From: Pseudomonadota bacterium
Lineage (GTDB): Bacteria > Bdellovibrionota_B > Oligoflexia > Oligoflexales > CAIYRB01
Assembly: GCA_031416315.1 (NCBI GenBank)
Contig: JANOTL010000054.1
Coordinates: forward strand, 1 to 60,282
Length of the DNA: 60,282 nucleotides
Direction of reading: 5' to 3'
The notes under the pieces were generated by a model. It worked only from the letters and a program-made list of their open reading frames with translations, was not told the DNA's origin and did not search any database. Positions 17,981-26,884 of the stretch are shown here, in pieces. Within the stretch, counting starts at the first letter, position 1, and each line of letters starts with the position of its first letter. The position numbers and the translations under genes are program-made.

Positions 17981-19350
17981 GCGTCTCTCCAGAGGCAATG
18001 GGTCAGGTAAGCTCGCGCGGCGCGCCATGCCGTCGGGTCATCGCCGGGCTCGGCCAGAACGCGCTGGATGACGAGGTCGTTGGCGGGGAACGCGTCCGGA
18101 TCGCCCAGGCAGCGCATGGCGATCATCGCCGCGGTCCACGGCCCGATGCCCTTGATCGCGCGCAGGGTCGCCGTCGCGCTCGCGAACTCCGCCGGGGTCT
18201 CGAAGTCGACGATGCCGTCGTGATGGGCCTGCGCCAAAGCGCGGATCGCCGCGCCCTTGCTGCGGGTGAGGCCGACTTCCTCGACCGGCGCCGTCGCTAA
18301 GGTCTCTGCCGAGGGAAACGCGTAAACAGGGAGCCCGGCGTCTTCGCCGAGCACGGTCCCGAAACGCTCGACCAGCTTTCTCAGCGAAGTCCGCGCGCCC
18401 TGCGTCGACACCAGCTGGCCCAGGATGATCGACACCGCCGTCTCGAAGGGGTCAAAGGCGCCCGGCACGCGGATGCCCGCGGCCACCGCCGGCAGATCGA
18501 TCGGATTGTGCTCGGTGTCGAAGAGGCTCCGCAGCCGCGAAAGCACCGAGCGCAGGCTGGCCAACGGCACGCCGGCGAACTCGGCCCGCAGAAAATCCTT
18601 CCCGCCGGCAGAAGAGATCATGAACGATCCGAACGATTTTCCGTCTTCCGACGGCAGAAACCGGCGGTACGTACCGTTCTCGACGCGCTCGATGCCGAAG
18701 GTCTCGTGGCGCGCCAGATACGCGATGACGCTCGCCCAGTCGTAAGGAAGGCGGATGGCGAGCTTGAGCACGACGCCCTCGGTCGTCGCCGTTCCGCGGG
18801 CTTTGCGCACCGTCGACGGCGGCAGCCGGTAGCGCTCCTGGAACGCCTCGTTGAATCGCCGCACCGAGTGGAAGCCGGCGGCGAAGCCGATCTCGGTGAT
18901 CGGCAGGCTCGTCTCGGTGACGAGCTGCTTGGCGAAGTGCAATTTTTGCGTGAGCAGGATCTCGACCGGCGACGCGCCCAGGTGCTGGTCGAAAAGCCGC
19001 CTGAGGTGCCGGTCGGTGACGCCCAGGGTCGCGGCCAGGCGCTCGACGCTCAAGGTCTCGGCGCCGCCTTGGATGAGCTTCAGCGCGCGGGAGACGGTGT
19101 TGAGGGTGCCGTCGAGCCATTTTGTGCCGGGCGCCAGGTCGGGGCGGCAACGCAGGCACGGGCGGTAGCCGCGGTTTTCGGCCTCGCTCGGGCTGCGGAA
19201 GATCAGGATGTTTTCTGGCTTCGGCCGCGCCGGGCAGATCGGCCGGCAGTAGATCGTCGTCGTCTTCACGCCGAAATAAAAGCGGCCGTCGTAGCGCCGG
19301 TCCCGGCGTGCGATGATGGTCTTCATGTCTTGTTCGGTTAAGAGATTCAC
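17962..19350 (-). CDS. alkA: AdaA-AlkA fusion (Ada Zn domain, AraC HTH, AlkA 3-methyladenine glycosylase)
   Basis: YCRPICP...RPCLRCRP, AraC HTH (AGFHSVRRFN), GQLVS, HhH IKGIGPWTA, DAFPANDL. Start is GTG 19350 or ATG 19326. Confidence 0.93.
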   Translation of the reverse strand: MNLLTEQDMKTIIARRDRRYDGRFYFGVKTTTIYCRPICPARPKPENILIFRSPSEAENRGYRPCLRCRPDLAPGTKWLDGTLNTVSRALKLIQGGAETLSVERLAATLGVTDRHLRRLFDQHLGASPVEILLTQKLHFAKQLVTETSLPITEIGFAAGFHSVRRFNEAFQERYRLPPSTVRKARGTATTEGVVLKLAIRLPYDWASVIAYLARHETFGIERVENGTYRRFLPSEDGKSFGSFMISSAGGKDFLRAEFAGVPLASLRSVLSRLRSLFDTEHNPIDLPAVAAGIRVPGAFDPFETAVSIILGQLVSTQGARTSLRKLVERFGTVLGEDAGLPVYAFPSAETLATAPVEEVGLTRSKGAAIRALAQAHHDGIVDFETPAEFASATATLRAIKGIGPWTAAMIAMRCLGDPDAFPANDLVIQRVLAEPGDDPTAWRAARAYLTHCLWRDACAKAK

Positions 19351-19386
19351 GGCCTGCCGTACATAGCCCGAGTCGGGCAGAAGATA

Positions 19387-19402
19387 CTGGCGGTTTTCGG
19401 AC
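19387..19402 (-). promoter_or_regulatory. Candidate Ada-binding site in the adaA/arsM divergent spacer
   Basis: Minus strand GTCCGAAAACCGCCAG; loosely resembles the Ada AAAGCGCA box and lies where autoregulation would be expected. Confidence 0.3.
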
Positions 19403-19423
19403 CTAGACGCTAGAAGGACCCTC

Positions 19424-20476
19424 ATGCGCAATGATCTCAAAACCATGGAGCTGGTGAAGGAGTACTACGGCCGCGTCCTGTCGACGTCCGCCGATCTCCA
19501 GACCACCGCCTGCTGCGTCGCCGAGGCCCTCGATCCCCGCATCTCGGCGATCGTGGCACAGGTCCATACCGAGGTGCGCGAGCGCTTCTACGGCTGCGGC
19601 GTGATCGCCCCGGCCGAGCTCGAGGGCCGCACCGTCTTGGATTTGGGTTGTGGCACCGGCCGCGACGTCTTCGTTCTGTCGAAGCTCGTCGGCGAGGAAG
19701 GCCGCGTGATCGGCGTCGACATGACGGCCGAGCAGCTCTCGGTCGCGCGCCGCCATCTCGATTTCCATGCGCAGGCTTTTGGCCACGCCCGGTCCAACGT
19801 CACCTTGCTCGAAGGTCACATCGAAGACCTCGAGAGCCTAGGCATCGCCACCGCCTCCGTCGACCTCGTCGTGTCGAACTGCGTGATCAACCTCTCTCCG
19901 GCGAAGGAACGCGTGTTCCGTGAGGCTCTGCGCGTGCTGAAGCCGGGCGGAGAGCTGCATTTTTCCGACGTCTACGCCGACCGCCGCCTCCCGGCGAGCT
20001 TCGCCGAGGATCCCGTTCTCCTCGGCGAATGTCTGGGCGGCGCGCTCTACGTCGAGGATTTCCGCCGTCTCCTCCTCGCCGCCGGCTGCGCCGATCCGCG
20101 CCGCCTCACCAGCGCGCCCATCGGCATTACCAACGTCGATCTCGCGCGGAAGCTGGGCAACGTCACTTTCGCCTCGATCACGTACCGCGCCTTCAAGCTG
20201 GATCTCGAGGATCGCTGCGAGGACTACGGCCAAGTCGCCTACTATCAAGGCACGATTCCGTCGGCGCCGAACGCCTACCGGCTAGACGATCATCACCTGT
20301 TCGAAGCGCACCGGCCGCTGCCGGTGTGCAGCAACACGGCGGCCATGCTCACCGAGACGCGGCTTGGAGCGCACTTCAAGGTGGTGGGCGATACGTCGCG
20401 GCATTTCGGGCTTTTCGATTGCGGGCCTAAAACGGCGGCTACGACTGCAACTGCGACGGCGGCGGCGTGTTGTTGA
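19424..20476 (+). CDS. arsM: AS3MT/ArsM-type SAM-dependent (arsenite) methyltransferase
   Basis: YYG...LQTTACC, YGCG, LDLGCGTGRD, SNCVINL, GECLGGA, CEDYGQ, C-terminal CC. Confidence 0.8.
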   Translation: MRNDLKTMELVKEYYGRVLSTSADLQTTACCVAEALDPRISAIVAQVHTEVRERFYGCGVIAPAELEGRTVLDLGCGTGRDVFVLSKLVGEEGRVIGVDMTAEQLSVARRHLDFHAQAFGHARSNVTLLEGHIEDLESLGIATASVDLVVSNCVINLSPAKERVFREALRVLKPGGELHFSDVYADRRLPASFAEDPVLLGECLGGALYVEDFRRLLLAAGCADPRRLTSAPIGITNVDLARKLGNVTFASITYRAFKLDLEDRCEDYGQVAYYQGTIPSAPNAYRLDDHHLFEAHRPLPVCSNTAAMLTETRLGAHFKVVGDTSRHFGLFDCGPKTAATTATATAAACC

Positions 20477-20493
20477 GGTCGATTCGGCCAACT

Positions 20494-21291
20494 TCATCCA
20501 ATGCGAAAACTCGACACACACCATCCACCCATGAATGCCTCCTCGTGGTAAACGAGCGACGCTTTCTCAGCCTCTGCCGCGCCCACCGCCACCATCAAAG
20601 GCAGCAAGTGATCCTCGCGAGGATGGGCCTGCCGCGCCGATGGGGCTTTCGACCATTCCCGGAGCCGCGCCACCCGCGCCTCCGGCGAAGACCGCAGCAT
20701 CGTCTCCTGCAGCCATGCGTCGAACGCCTTCGAAGGCGCCGCCGCCTTCGGCCCCATTTGCCCCAGGTTGTGGTAGCTGAGGCCGCTTCCTAAAATCAGG
20801 ATCCCCTCGTCGCGCAGCGGCGCCAGCGCCCGCCCGGCCGCGACGTGCGCCATCGGTTCGAACGTCTTTAGGATCGAAAGCTGCACCACGGGCACGTCCG
20901 CCTGCGGATACATCGGCTGCAATGGCGTGAACGTCCCGTGATCGAAGCCGCGCTCCGCGTCGACCCTCGCGGGAATCCCCGCCTTCCCCAGGAGCTCCAC
21001 GACCCGATGCGCCAGCTCCGGCGAGCCCGGCGCCGGATACTTCACCTGATACGTGTGCGGCGGGAAGCCGCCGTAATCGTAGATCATCGGCGGCGCCTTG
21101 CTCCCGCTCACCGTGAGCTCGCGCTCTTCCCAGTGCGCCGTGACCACGAGCAAGGCCTTCGGCTTCTCCGGCAGCGCTTTCGGGAGCGCCACAAGCGCAG
21201 CCTCCAGCTCGTCGAAGACGCCCGGCATCTCCGCCTTCATCCAAGGCCAAGGGCCGCCGCCATGCGAAAGAAAATACGTCGGCAGTGTCAA
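20494..21291 (-). CDS. Class III extradiol dioxygenase (LigB/DODA/YgiD family)
   Basis: SHGGGP, TAHWE, YDYGGFP, RGFDHG, GSGLSYHN, AHPREDHLLP. Confidence 0.92.
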   Translation of the reverse strand: MTLPTYFLSHGGGPWPWMKAEMPGVFDELEAALVALPKALPEKPKALLVVTAHWEERELTVSGSKAPPMIYDYGGFPPHTYQVKYPAPGSPELAHRVVELLGKAGIPARVDAERGFDHGTFTPLQPMYPQADVPVVQLSILKTFEPMAHVAAGRALAPLRDEGILILGSGLSYHNLGQMGPKAAAPSKAFDAWLQETMLRSSPEARVARLREWSKAPSARQAHPREDHLLPLMVAVGAAEAEKASLVYHEEAFMGGWCVSSFRIG

Positions 21292-21494
21292 AGCAATAAC
21301 TCCAATGTTCCGGGGACATCCGTCCCCACCCCCCCCGGCGCGATTGACCCCGGTCTATTCTGATGTTATCTCTCCGCCCCAATCCTCCGCCATGGCGCTC
21401 TGCCATGCGCCTCCACTCGCAGATTACATTCAGGCCGTTCATGGCGTCCACGCGACCTCCGTGGCGTCGCTCTTTCATTCGCAAAGGGAGTTCC

Positions 21495-22766
21495 ATGCCT
21501 GCCATGAAGGTCCTGATCGTCGCCGACCACGCCACGGCGCGCTGGGGCGGCGAGGCCATCCTCCCCTTGCACATCTTCCGCGGCCTTCGCACCGCCGAGG
21601 TCGAGGCCTGGCTCTGCGTCAGCGAGGCGAACCGCGCGGAGCTCGAAGCCGCCCTCGGTGACGATCGCGACCGCGTGCGCTACGTCGAGGAAACGCCGCT
21701 GATCAAGAAGCTGAAGGACATGCACGCCAACGGGCCGGGCTACGGCTTGCCGCGATACCTCTACTTCTTCATGGCGATTTTGGCCCTTCAGTACCGCCAG
21801 CGCGCGGTGATCGAGCGCCTGATCGACGAGCTCGGCATCGACCTCGTCCATCAGCCGACGCCGGTCTCGCCGCGCATTCCGAGCTTCCTTGGCCGCTTGA
21901 AGCGCCGTCCCTTGGTCGTCGGCCCTTTGAACGGCGCGATGGTGATGGCTCCCGGTTTCGCCTTCCTGAGCTCGCGCAAGCAACGCTTCATCAAGAAAGC
22001 CGCGCAAATCATCGGCAAGATCATCGCCGTCTTGATCGACGGCCGTCGCCACGCCGACCTCACCTTGGTCGCCAACGTCCGCACGAAAGATGCGCTCCGC
22101 CCGCGGCAGAAGGCCAAATCCCGCATCCTGGTGGAGAACGGCATCGACCCGAATCTCTGGATGTCACCGCTGGAGCCCGCACCTTCGGCGCCGCTGCCAG
22201 CGGGCGCGCCGCTGAAAGTCATCTTCGTCGGCCGCCTCGAGCGCTGGAAAGGCGTCGAATGGCTCGTCGATGCCGCAGCGCTCGCCATGCGGACCGTCCC
22301 CATCGAGCTGACGATCGTCGGCGACTACCAGGGCGCACGCGCCGAGCTCGCGACCCGCTGCCGCGCGCTCGGCATCGAGCGGCACGTCAAGCTCACAGGC
22401 TGGGTGAAGCAGGAGGAGGCCGCACGTCTCGTCCGGGCAGCCGACGTCTTCGTCCTCCCGAGCGTCCTCGAATGCGGCGGCGCCGTCGTGCTCGAGGCGA
22501 TGGCCGCCGGCAAGCCCGTCATCGCCGTCGGCTGGGGCGGCCCGGCCGACTACCTCGACGCCAGCTGCGGCGTCCTCCTGGAGCCGCACGGCCCCGAGCG
22601 CCTGACCCAGGACCTAGCCCGCGCGCTGGAGGCGATGGCCGCACAGCCCGAGCGCCGCGCCCGCCTCGGCGCCGAGGCCCGCGCGCGCGTCTTGCGCGAA
22701 TTCACCTGGCCGGCGAAGATCGGGGCTCTGATCGAGCACTATCGCTTCACGCTTGGCGGTGCATGA
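21495..22766 (+). CDS. Glycosyltransferase family 4
   Basis: [27 protein letters not shown]. Start at 21495 or 21504. Confidence 0.9.
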   Translation: MPAMKVLIVADHATARWGGEAILPLHIFRGLRTAEVEAWLCVSEANRAELEAALGDDRDRVRYVEETPLIKKLKDMHANGPGYGLPRYLYFFMAILALQYRQRAVIERLIDELGIDLVHQPTPVSPRIPSFLGRLKRRPLVVGPLNGAMVMAPGFAFLSSRKQRFIKKAAQIIGKIIAVLIDGRRHADLTLVANVRTKDALRPRQKAKSRILVENGIDPNLWMSPLEPAPSAPLPAGAPLKVIFVGRLERWKGVEWLVDAAALAMRTVPIELTIVGDYQGARAELATRCRALGIERHVKLTGWVKQEEAARLVRAADVFVLPSVLECGGAVVLEAMAAGKPVIAVGWGGPADYLDASCGVLLEPHGPERLTQDLARALEAMAAQPERRARLGAEARARVLREFTWPAKIGALIEHYRFTLGGA

Positions 22767-23977
22767 ACGTCCTGATCCTGAACTGCGGCTCCTCCTCCCT
22801 GAAATTCCAGGTGATCGACACTGATCTCGCCAAGATCGAAGCCGGCGCGGACCGGCTCCTCGCGAAGGGCGTCTATGAGCGCATCGGCAGCCAAGCGCTC
22901 GTGACCCTCACCGCCGAAGGGCAGCCGGTCGTCAAGGCGGCTCTCGCGCTCCGCGATCACCGCGCCGCAATCGAGCATCTCTGCGGCTGGCTATCCTGGA
23001 AGATCGACGGCGTCGGGCATCGCGTCGTGCACGGCGGGGAAAATTTCAAGACCTCCCAACTGATCACGCCCGAGGTCGTGCGCGGCATCGAAGACTGCAT
23101 CGACCTTGCGCCGCTCCACAATCCGGCGAACCTCCAAGGCATCCGCGCCGCCAGCGAGATCTTCGGACCTGAGGTGCCCCAAGTCGCCGTCTTCGACACC
23201 GCCTTCCACGCGGAGATGCCCGAAACCGCCTTTCTCTACGCGATCCCGTACCAGCTCTACCGCCGCTACAAGATCCGGCGTTACGGCTTTCACGGCACTT
23301 CGCACCGCTACGTCGCGTATCGCTATCGTCAGCTCACGGGCAAGGCGAAGGAGGACGTGAAGATCATCACGCTCCACCTCGGGAACGGCTGCTCGGCGTG
23401 CGCCATCAAAGGCGGGCGCTCCGTCGACACCTCGATGGGCATGACGCCGCTCGAAGGCCTGACGATGGGGACGCGCTCCGGCGACCTCGATCCGGCCATC
23501 CTCGAGTACCTGGCGCACAAGGAAGGGCTGAGCTTCGACCAGCTCGATACGCTTCTCAACAAGCAATCGGGTCTGCTCGGGATCTCTGGCCTGACCAACG
23601 ACATGCGCGAGCTCCTCGACGAGGAGCGGGAAAACCACGACCGCCGCGCCACGCTCGCGATCGAGATCTTCTGCCATCGCATCCGCAAGTACGTCGGCGC
23701 TTATTTCGCCGAGCTCGGCGGCGCGGATGCTCTCGTCTTCACCGGCGGCATCGGCGAGAACGCGCCCCAAATCCGAGCCCGCGTCTGCCAAGGCCTGGAA
23801 GCGATGGGCATCTTCCTGGACGCGGGACTCAACGCAAAGACCGTCGGCACCGAGGCGCGAATCTCTCAAAATGGCGCCGGGACTGCGGTTTTCGCGATCC
23901 CGACGAACGAGGAGCTCCTGATCGCCCGCGACACGGTGCGTGCCGTCAGTGCGCCGGCGGCGGCGGCGTATCCGTGA
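22763..23977 (+). CDS. ackA: Acetate kinase
   Basis: [58 protein letters not shown] overlap with the GT4 stop. Confidence 0.96.
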   Translation: MNVLILNCGSSSLKFQVIDTDLAKIEAGADRLLAKGVYERIGSQALVTLTAEGQPVVKAALALRDHRAAIEHLCGWLSWKIDGVGHRVVHGGENFKTSQLITPEVVRGIEDCIDLAPLHNPANLQGIRAASEIFGPEVPQVAVFDTAFHAEMPETAFLYAIPYQLYRRYKIRRYGFHGTSHRYVAYRYRQLTGKAKEDVKIITLHLGNGCSACAIKGGRSVDTSMGMTPLEGLTMGTRSGDLDPAILEYLAHKEGLSFDQLDTLLNKQSGLLGISGLTNDMRELLDEERENHDRRATLAIEIFCHRIRKYVGAYFAELGGADALVFTGGIGENAPQIRARVCQGLEAMGIFLDAGLNAKTVGTEARISQNGAGTAVFAIPTNEELLIARDTVRAVSAPAAAAYP

Positions 23978-24191
23978 TGTTTTCCTGAAACTCCTCGGGA
24001 CTGCACTTCAGATGCACTCCGTCGTCGTCCGCCGACTCGACCCAGTCGAGCGGGAACCAATGGTGGCGGCTGTCATCGGAATCGTTGCGCTTCAGCTTGA
24101 CCCACTGATTGCCTTCCATGTGGTCGACGGTGCCCACGTGCACGCCGGCGGCGTGGACGTGCATATCTGGCTTGATCATCTCCGTGTTCAT
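23946..24191 (-). CDS. DUF2171 family small protein
   Basis: [12 protein letters not shown]...KLKRNDS...[16 protein letters not shown]. Confidence 0.8.
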   Translation of the reverse strand: MNTEMIKPDMHVHAAGVHVGTVDHMEGNQWVKLKRNDSDDSRHHWFPLDWVESADDDGVHLKCSPEEFQENITDTPPPPAH

Positions 24192-24230
24192 TGGCTTCTC
24201 CCGATAAAGTTGGCTTGACCGTCCCACTCC

Positions 24231-24246
24231 AGCAAGATGCGCGCCG
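24231..24246 (-). promoter_or_regulatory. sigma54 promoter for the DUF2171 gene
   Basis: Minus strand CGGCGCGCATCTTGCT. Confidence 0.72.
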
Positions 24247-24285
24247 ATTTTTGCATAAGGGCGGACAACCTGAGAAGGAGCGACC

Positions 24286-24801
24286 ATGCCGAACACGAGA
24301 AAATTGTCAGACGACGCGAGCAAGATCTTCGACCTCTTAGACAGCGCCAAGCTGGGGATGTTGGTCACCGGCGGCGAGTCTGGCGCGCCCCTGCGCAGCC
24401 GCCCCATGTCCTTCGTCGAGGTCAGCCGCGACGACATGGTGGTGAGGATGTTCAGCACCGCCGATTCCCCCAAGGAAGATGAGCTGGAGAAGGACGCCCG
24501 AGCCAACATCAGCGTCATGGACCCGGCGAGCCAGAACTTCGTCTCACTTTCCGGCCTGATCGCGGTCCGCAACGATCCGGAGCTGAAGATGCGGCTCTGG
24601 AAGCCGATCCACCTCGCCTGGTATCCGAGCGGACCGACGGACGCGGACCTGCACGTGCTCGAGTTCAAGATCGCCGGCGGCGACTTCTGGGATGCGCCCT
24701 CGAGCCGCATCGTCCAGTTCGTCGGAATTGCCAAAGCCATCCTCACCCGTGAGACTTACACGGGCGGGACGGTTGGCCACATGGGCGTGCTGCACGTCTG
24801 A
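24286..24801 (+). CDS. General stress protein 26-like / pyridoxamine 5'-phosphate oxidase-like FMN-binding protein
   Basis: LRSRPMS, FVSLSG, LWKP...AWYPSGP, FWDAPSS; AAGGAG RBS. Confidence 0.85.
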   Translation: MPNTRKLSDDASKIFDLLDSAKLGMLVTGGESGAPLRSRPMSFVEVSRDDMVVRMFSTADSPKEDELEKDARANISVMDPASQNFVSLSGLIAVRNDPELKMRLWKPIHLAWYPSGPTDADLHVLEFKIAGGDFWDAPSSRIVQFVGIAKAILTRETYTGGTVGHMGVLHV

Positions 24802-24897
24802 TTCAGAAGGCGTAGCCGACGCCCAAGTCGAAGGTGGTACCCTACGCCACCATCGCCAAACGCCTGGACCGTCACGGCGACCTTTGGGAGCCCGTGA

Positions 24898-25770
24898 TCA
24901 ACCTGCCGTCGTATCGCCGCCCAGAAGCGTCAAAACCTCGCCGGTGATGTAGCTCGAGTCGGAGTTGGCGGCGAGAAACACGAAGGCCGGCGCGATCTCC
25001 TCGGGTTGCGCCGGGCGCCCGTACCTCGTCTTCGCGCCGAAACGCGCCACTTCCTCCGGGTCGCGGTCCGCGGGGTTGAGCGGTGTCCACACCGGTCCGG
25101 GCGCGACGCAGTTGACGCGGATGCCGCGTTTGACCAGGTTTTTCGCTAGAGACTTGGTGAAGGCGTGGATCGCGCCTTTGGTCGCGGAGTAGTCGAGGAG
25201 TCCTTCGCTGCCCTCGAGGCCCGTGATCGAGCCGGTGTTGATGATGGCGCCCCCGCGGCCGATCACGGCGAGCGCGGCCTTGGCCATATAGAAATAGCCG
25301 TAGATGTTGGTCTTGAACGTCAAATCCCACTCTTCGTCGCCCAGCTCCTCGATCGAATCGTGATGCTGCTGGTAGGCGGCGTTGTTCACCAGCACGTCGA
25401 GCCTGCCGAACTTCTTGACGACGCGCTCGACCGCCTTTTTGCAGAAGGCAGGATCGCGGACGTCGCCCGGGATCTTCTCGCAACGCCGGCCTTCGGCCTC
25501 GACCGCCTGTACCGTTTCGTCGGCGTCGGATTCCTCCGCCTTCAGATACACGATCGCGACATCGGCGCCTTCGCGCGCATACAAGACGGCGACGGCGCGT
25601 CCGATCCCGGAGTCGCCCCCCGTGATCAACGCCACACGGCCTTCCAGCTTCGCGGCGCCGCGGTAGTCGGGGGCCTCATATTGAGGTCTTGGCCTCAGTT
25701 TCGACTCAAGGCCGGGCTTGGTGAGCTTTTGCGCTGGAAATGGCGGCTTCGGTTTGGCCTTCGCGGACAT
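24898..25770 (-). CDS. SDR oxidoreductase (YghA/YdaD general stress protein 39 type)
   Basis: TGGDSGIG, NNAAYQ, YSATK, APGPVWTP, GRPAQPEE. Confidence 0.93.
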   Translation of the reverse strand: MSAKAKPKPPFPAQKLTKPGLESKLRPRPQYEAPDYRGAAKLEGRVALITGGDSGIGRAVAVLYAREGADVAIVYLKAEESDADETVQAVEAEGRRCEKIPGDVRDPAFCKKAVERVVKKFGRLDVLVNNAAYQQHHDSIEELGDEEWDLTFKTNIYGYFYMAKAALAVIGRGGAIINTGSITGLEGSEGLLDYSATKGAIHAFTKSLAKNLVKRGIRVNCVAPGPVWTPLNPADRDPEEVARFGAKTRYGRPAQPEEIAPAFVFLAANSDSSYITGEVLTLLGGDTTAG

Positions 25771-25798
25771 GTGACGTCTCTCCCATCGTCAATTCAGG

Positions 25799-25814
25799 TG
25801 GCGTATCCCTTGCA
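25799..25814 (+). promoter_or_regulatory. sigma54 promoter for the gene at 25853
   Basis: TGGCGTATCCCTTGCA. Confidence 0.75.
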
Positions 25815-25826
25815 ATGCCCACGCCG
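25811..25826 (-). promoter_or_regulatory. sigma54 promoter for the SDR gene
   Basis: Minus strand CGGCGTGGGCATTGCA; shares TGCA with the opposite promoter. Confidence 0.7.
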
Positions 25827-25852
25827 TTCCCCCGTTCCACGAGGAGATCCCC

Positions 25853-26320
25853 ATGTATTGGTCGAAAGCCTGGGAAATCGGCGCCGGGAGCGTCGCCTTG
25901 CGCGGAAGCATCCCTCATCCGCAACGGGCGATTGTCGAGCACGATGCGTGGACGATCCGCCGCCCGATCGAGGACGTGCACGACGCCTGCTGCGACGCCT
26001 CGATCTGGGAGCGCATCGGTACGGGCTTGCCGGCACTCGTGCCGGTGCTCACGAACGAGGCTGGCGGCATCGTCTGGCGCTCGCCGCCGCACGCATCGCC
26101 CTCGATCGAGGTCCGCCTGCGGCTGGAGCGCGGCCGCGACGAGCGGGAGACGCGCCTCTTCGCCTCCGTCATCTACGAGCCCGCGGACGGCCTTTTCCAC
26201 GCGCTGGCCAGCCGCGCGAGCAGCCCCCTCGTCGCGCAGCGCATTCATGAGGCGCTCCGTCAGCTGAAGCAGCTGATCGAGAGCGGCCAGATCGCCACCG
26301 GCGAGAGAGTCGAGAAATAA
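25853..26320 (+). CDS. Divergent SRPBCC (START-fold)-like protein
   Basis: GAGGAG RBS; TIRRPIEDV at the start and LRQLKQLIESGQIAT at the end, as in stress-associated cyclase/dehydrase proteins. Confidence 0.6.
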   Translation: MYWSKAWEIGAGSVALRGSIPHPQRAIVEHDAWTIRRPIEDVHDACCDASIWERIGTGLPALVPVLTNEAGGIVWRSPPHASPSIEVRLRLERGRDERETRLFASVIYEPADGLFHALASRASSPLVAQRIHEALRQLKQLIESGQIATGERVEK

Positions 26321-26362
26321 AGGCTCTCGTCGGGCACCGAAACAAGACATCCGCGTCGATCG

Positions 26363-26761
26363 TCAGAGCTCCAACCTAGACGCGGCGAAATCGTCGTCGG
26401 TCAGTACGGTATCGACATTCAGGACATTGATCTGATTGACGACGTCATCGACGCCGAGGCATGCCTCGACGGCGGACTGTGCCGCATCTTTCTGGAGACT
26501 CGTCTCGACGAAGCCCAGGAGGGTCACCGAGGCGCCCTTGACGTGGACCTGGATGTTCGTCGCATCGACTTCAGCCTTCCGGAACAGGGCCTTACAGACC
26601 TCGTCCTTGAGGCGCTCTTCAGGGCGCATGCCGCTGCGGCCTTCGTCGCCGGTGAAGGTCCATCCGTGCTCTCCAAACCGACGCTCGCCGCTACTGCCCT
26701 GACCGAAATAACCACCACCCTGCTGCGGAAAGCGACCGCCTTGGTTCGATCGTTCGGTCAT
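26363..26761 (-). CDS. BON domain protein
   Basis: EERLKDEVC...VDATNIQVHVKGASVTLLGFV...GVDDVVNQI. Confidence 0.85.
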   Translation of the reverse strand: MTERSNQGGRFPQQGGGYFGQGSSGERRFGEHGWTFTGDEGRSGMRPEERLKDEVCKALFRKAEVDATNIQVHVKGASVTLLGFVETSLQKDAAQSAVEACLGVDDVVNQINVLNVDTVLTDDDFAASRLEL

Positions 26762-26792
26762 GGTACACCCCCTGCGTGAACGCGCCTGGGAA

Positions 26793-26808
26793 TGCAAGGT
26801 GCGATCCA
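26793..26808 (-). promoter_or_regulatory. sigma54 promoter for the BON gene
   Basis: Minus strand TGGATCGCACCTTGCA. Confidence 0.68.
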
Positions 26809-26828
26809 TGTGTCCCCTTTCTCACGTA

Positions 26829-26844
26829 CGGTACGGAGCTTGCT
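26829..26844 (+). promoter_or_regulatory. sigma54 promoter for the YihY gene
   Basis: CGGTACGGAGCTTGCT. Confidence 0.75.
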
Positions 26845-26884
26845 TCGCACCCCCTGGGCTCTGTTTTTGGAGGCAATGCAGCAA

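Noticed and set aside
19424..20476. Selenocysteine or stop-codon recoding in the ArsM-like gene
   Set aside because: All motif positions are ordinary Cys codons and the frame is uninterrupted.
22259..22762. Long N-terminal extension of ackA shown in the ORF track
   Set aside because: It is an off-frame read through the GT4 gene; the real start is [12 protein letters not shown] at 22763.
24240..24255. Ninth sigma54 promoter for the general stress protein 26 gene
   Set aside because: The -12 is good (TTTGCA) but the -24 reads GC instead of the invariant GG, so it was not counted.
26318..26343. sigma28-like TAAA-N14-ACCGAAAC
   Set aside because: The spacing is short, it uses a stop codon and it points antisense into the BON gene. 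It shows that such motifs can arise by chance.
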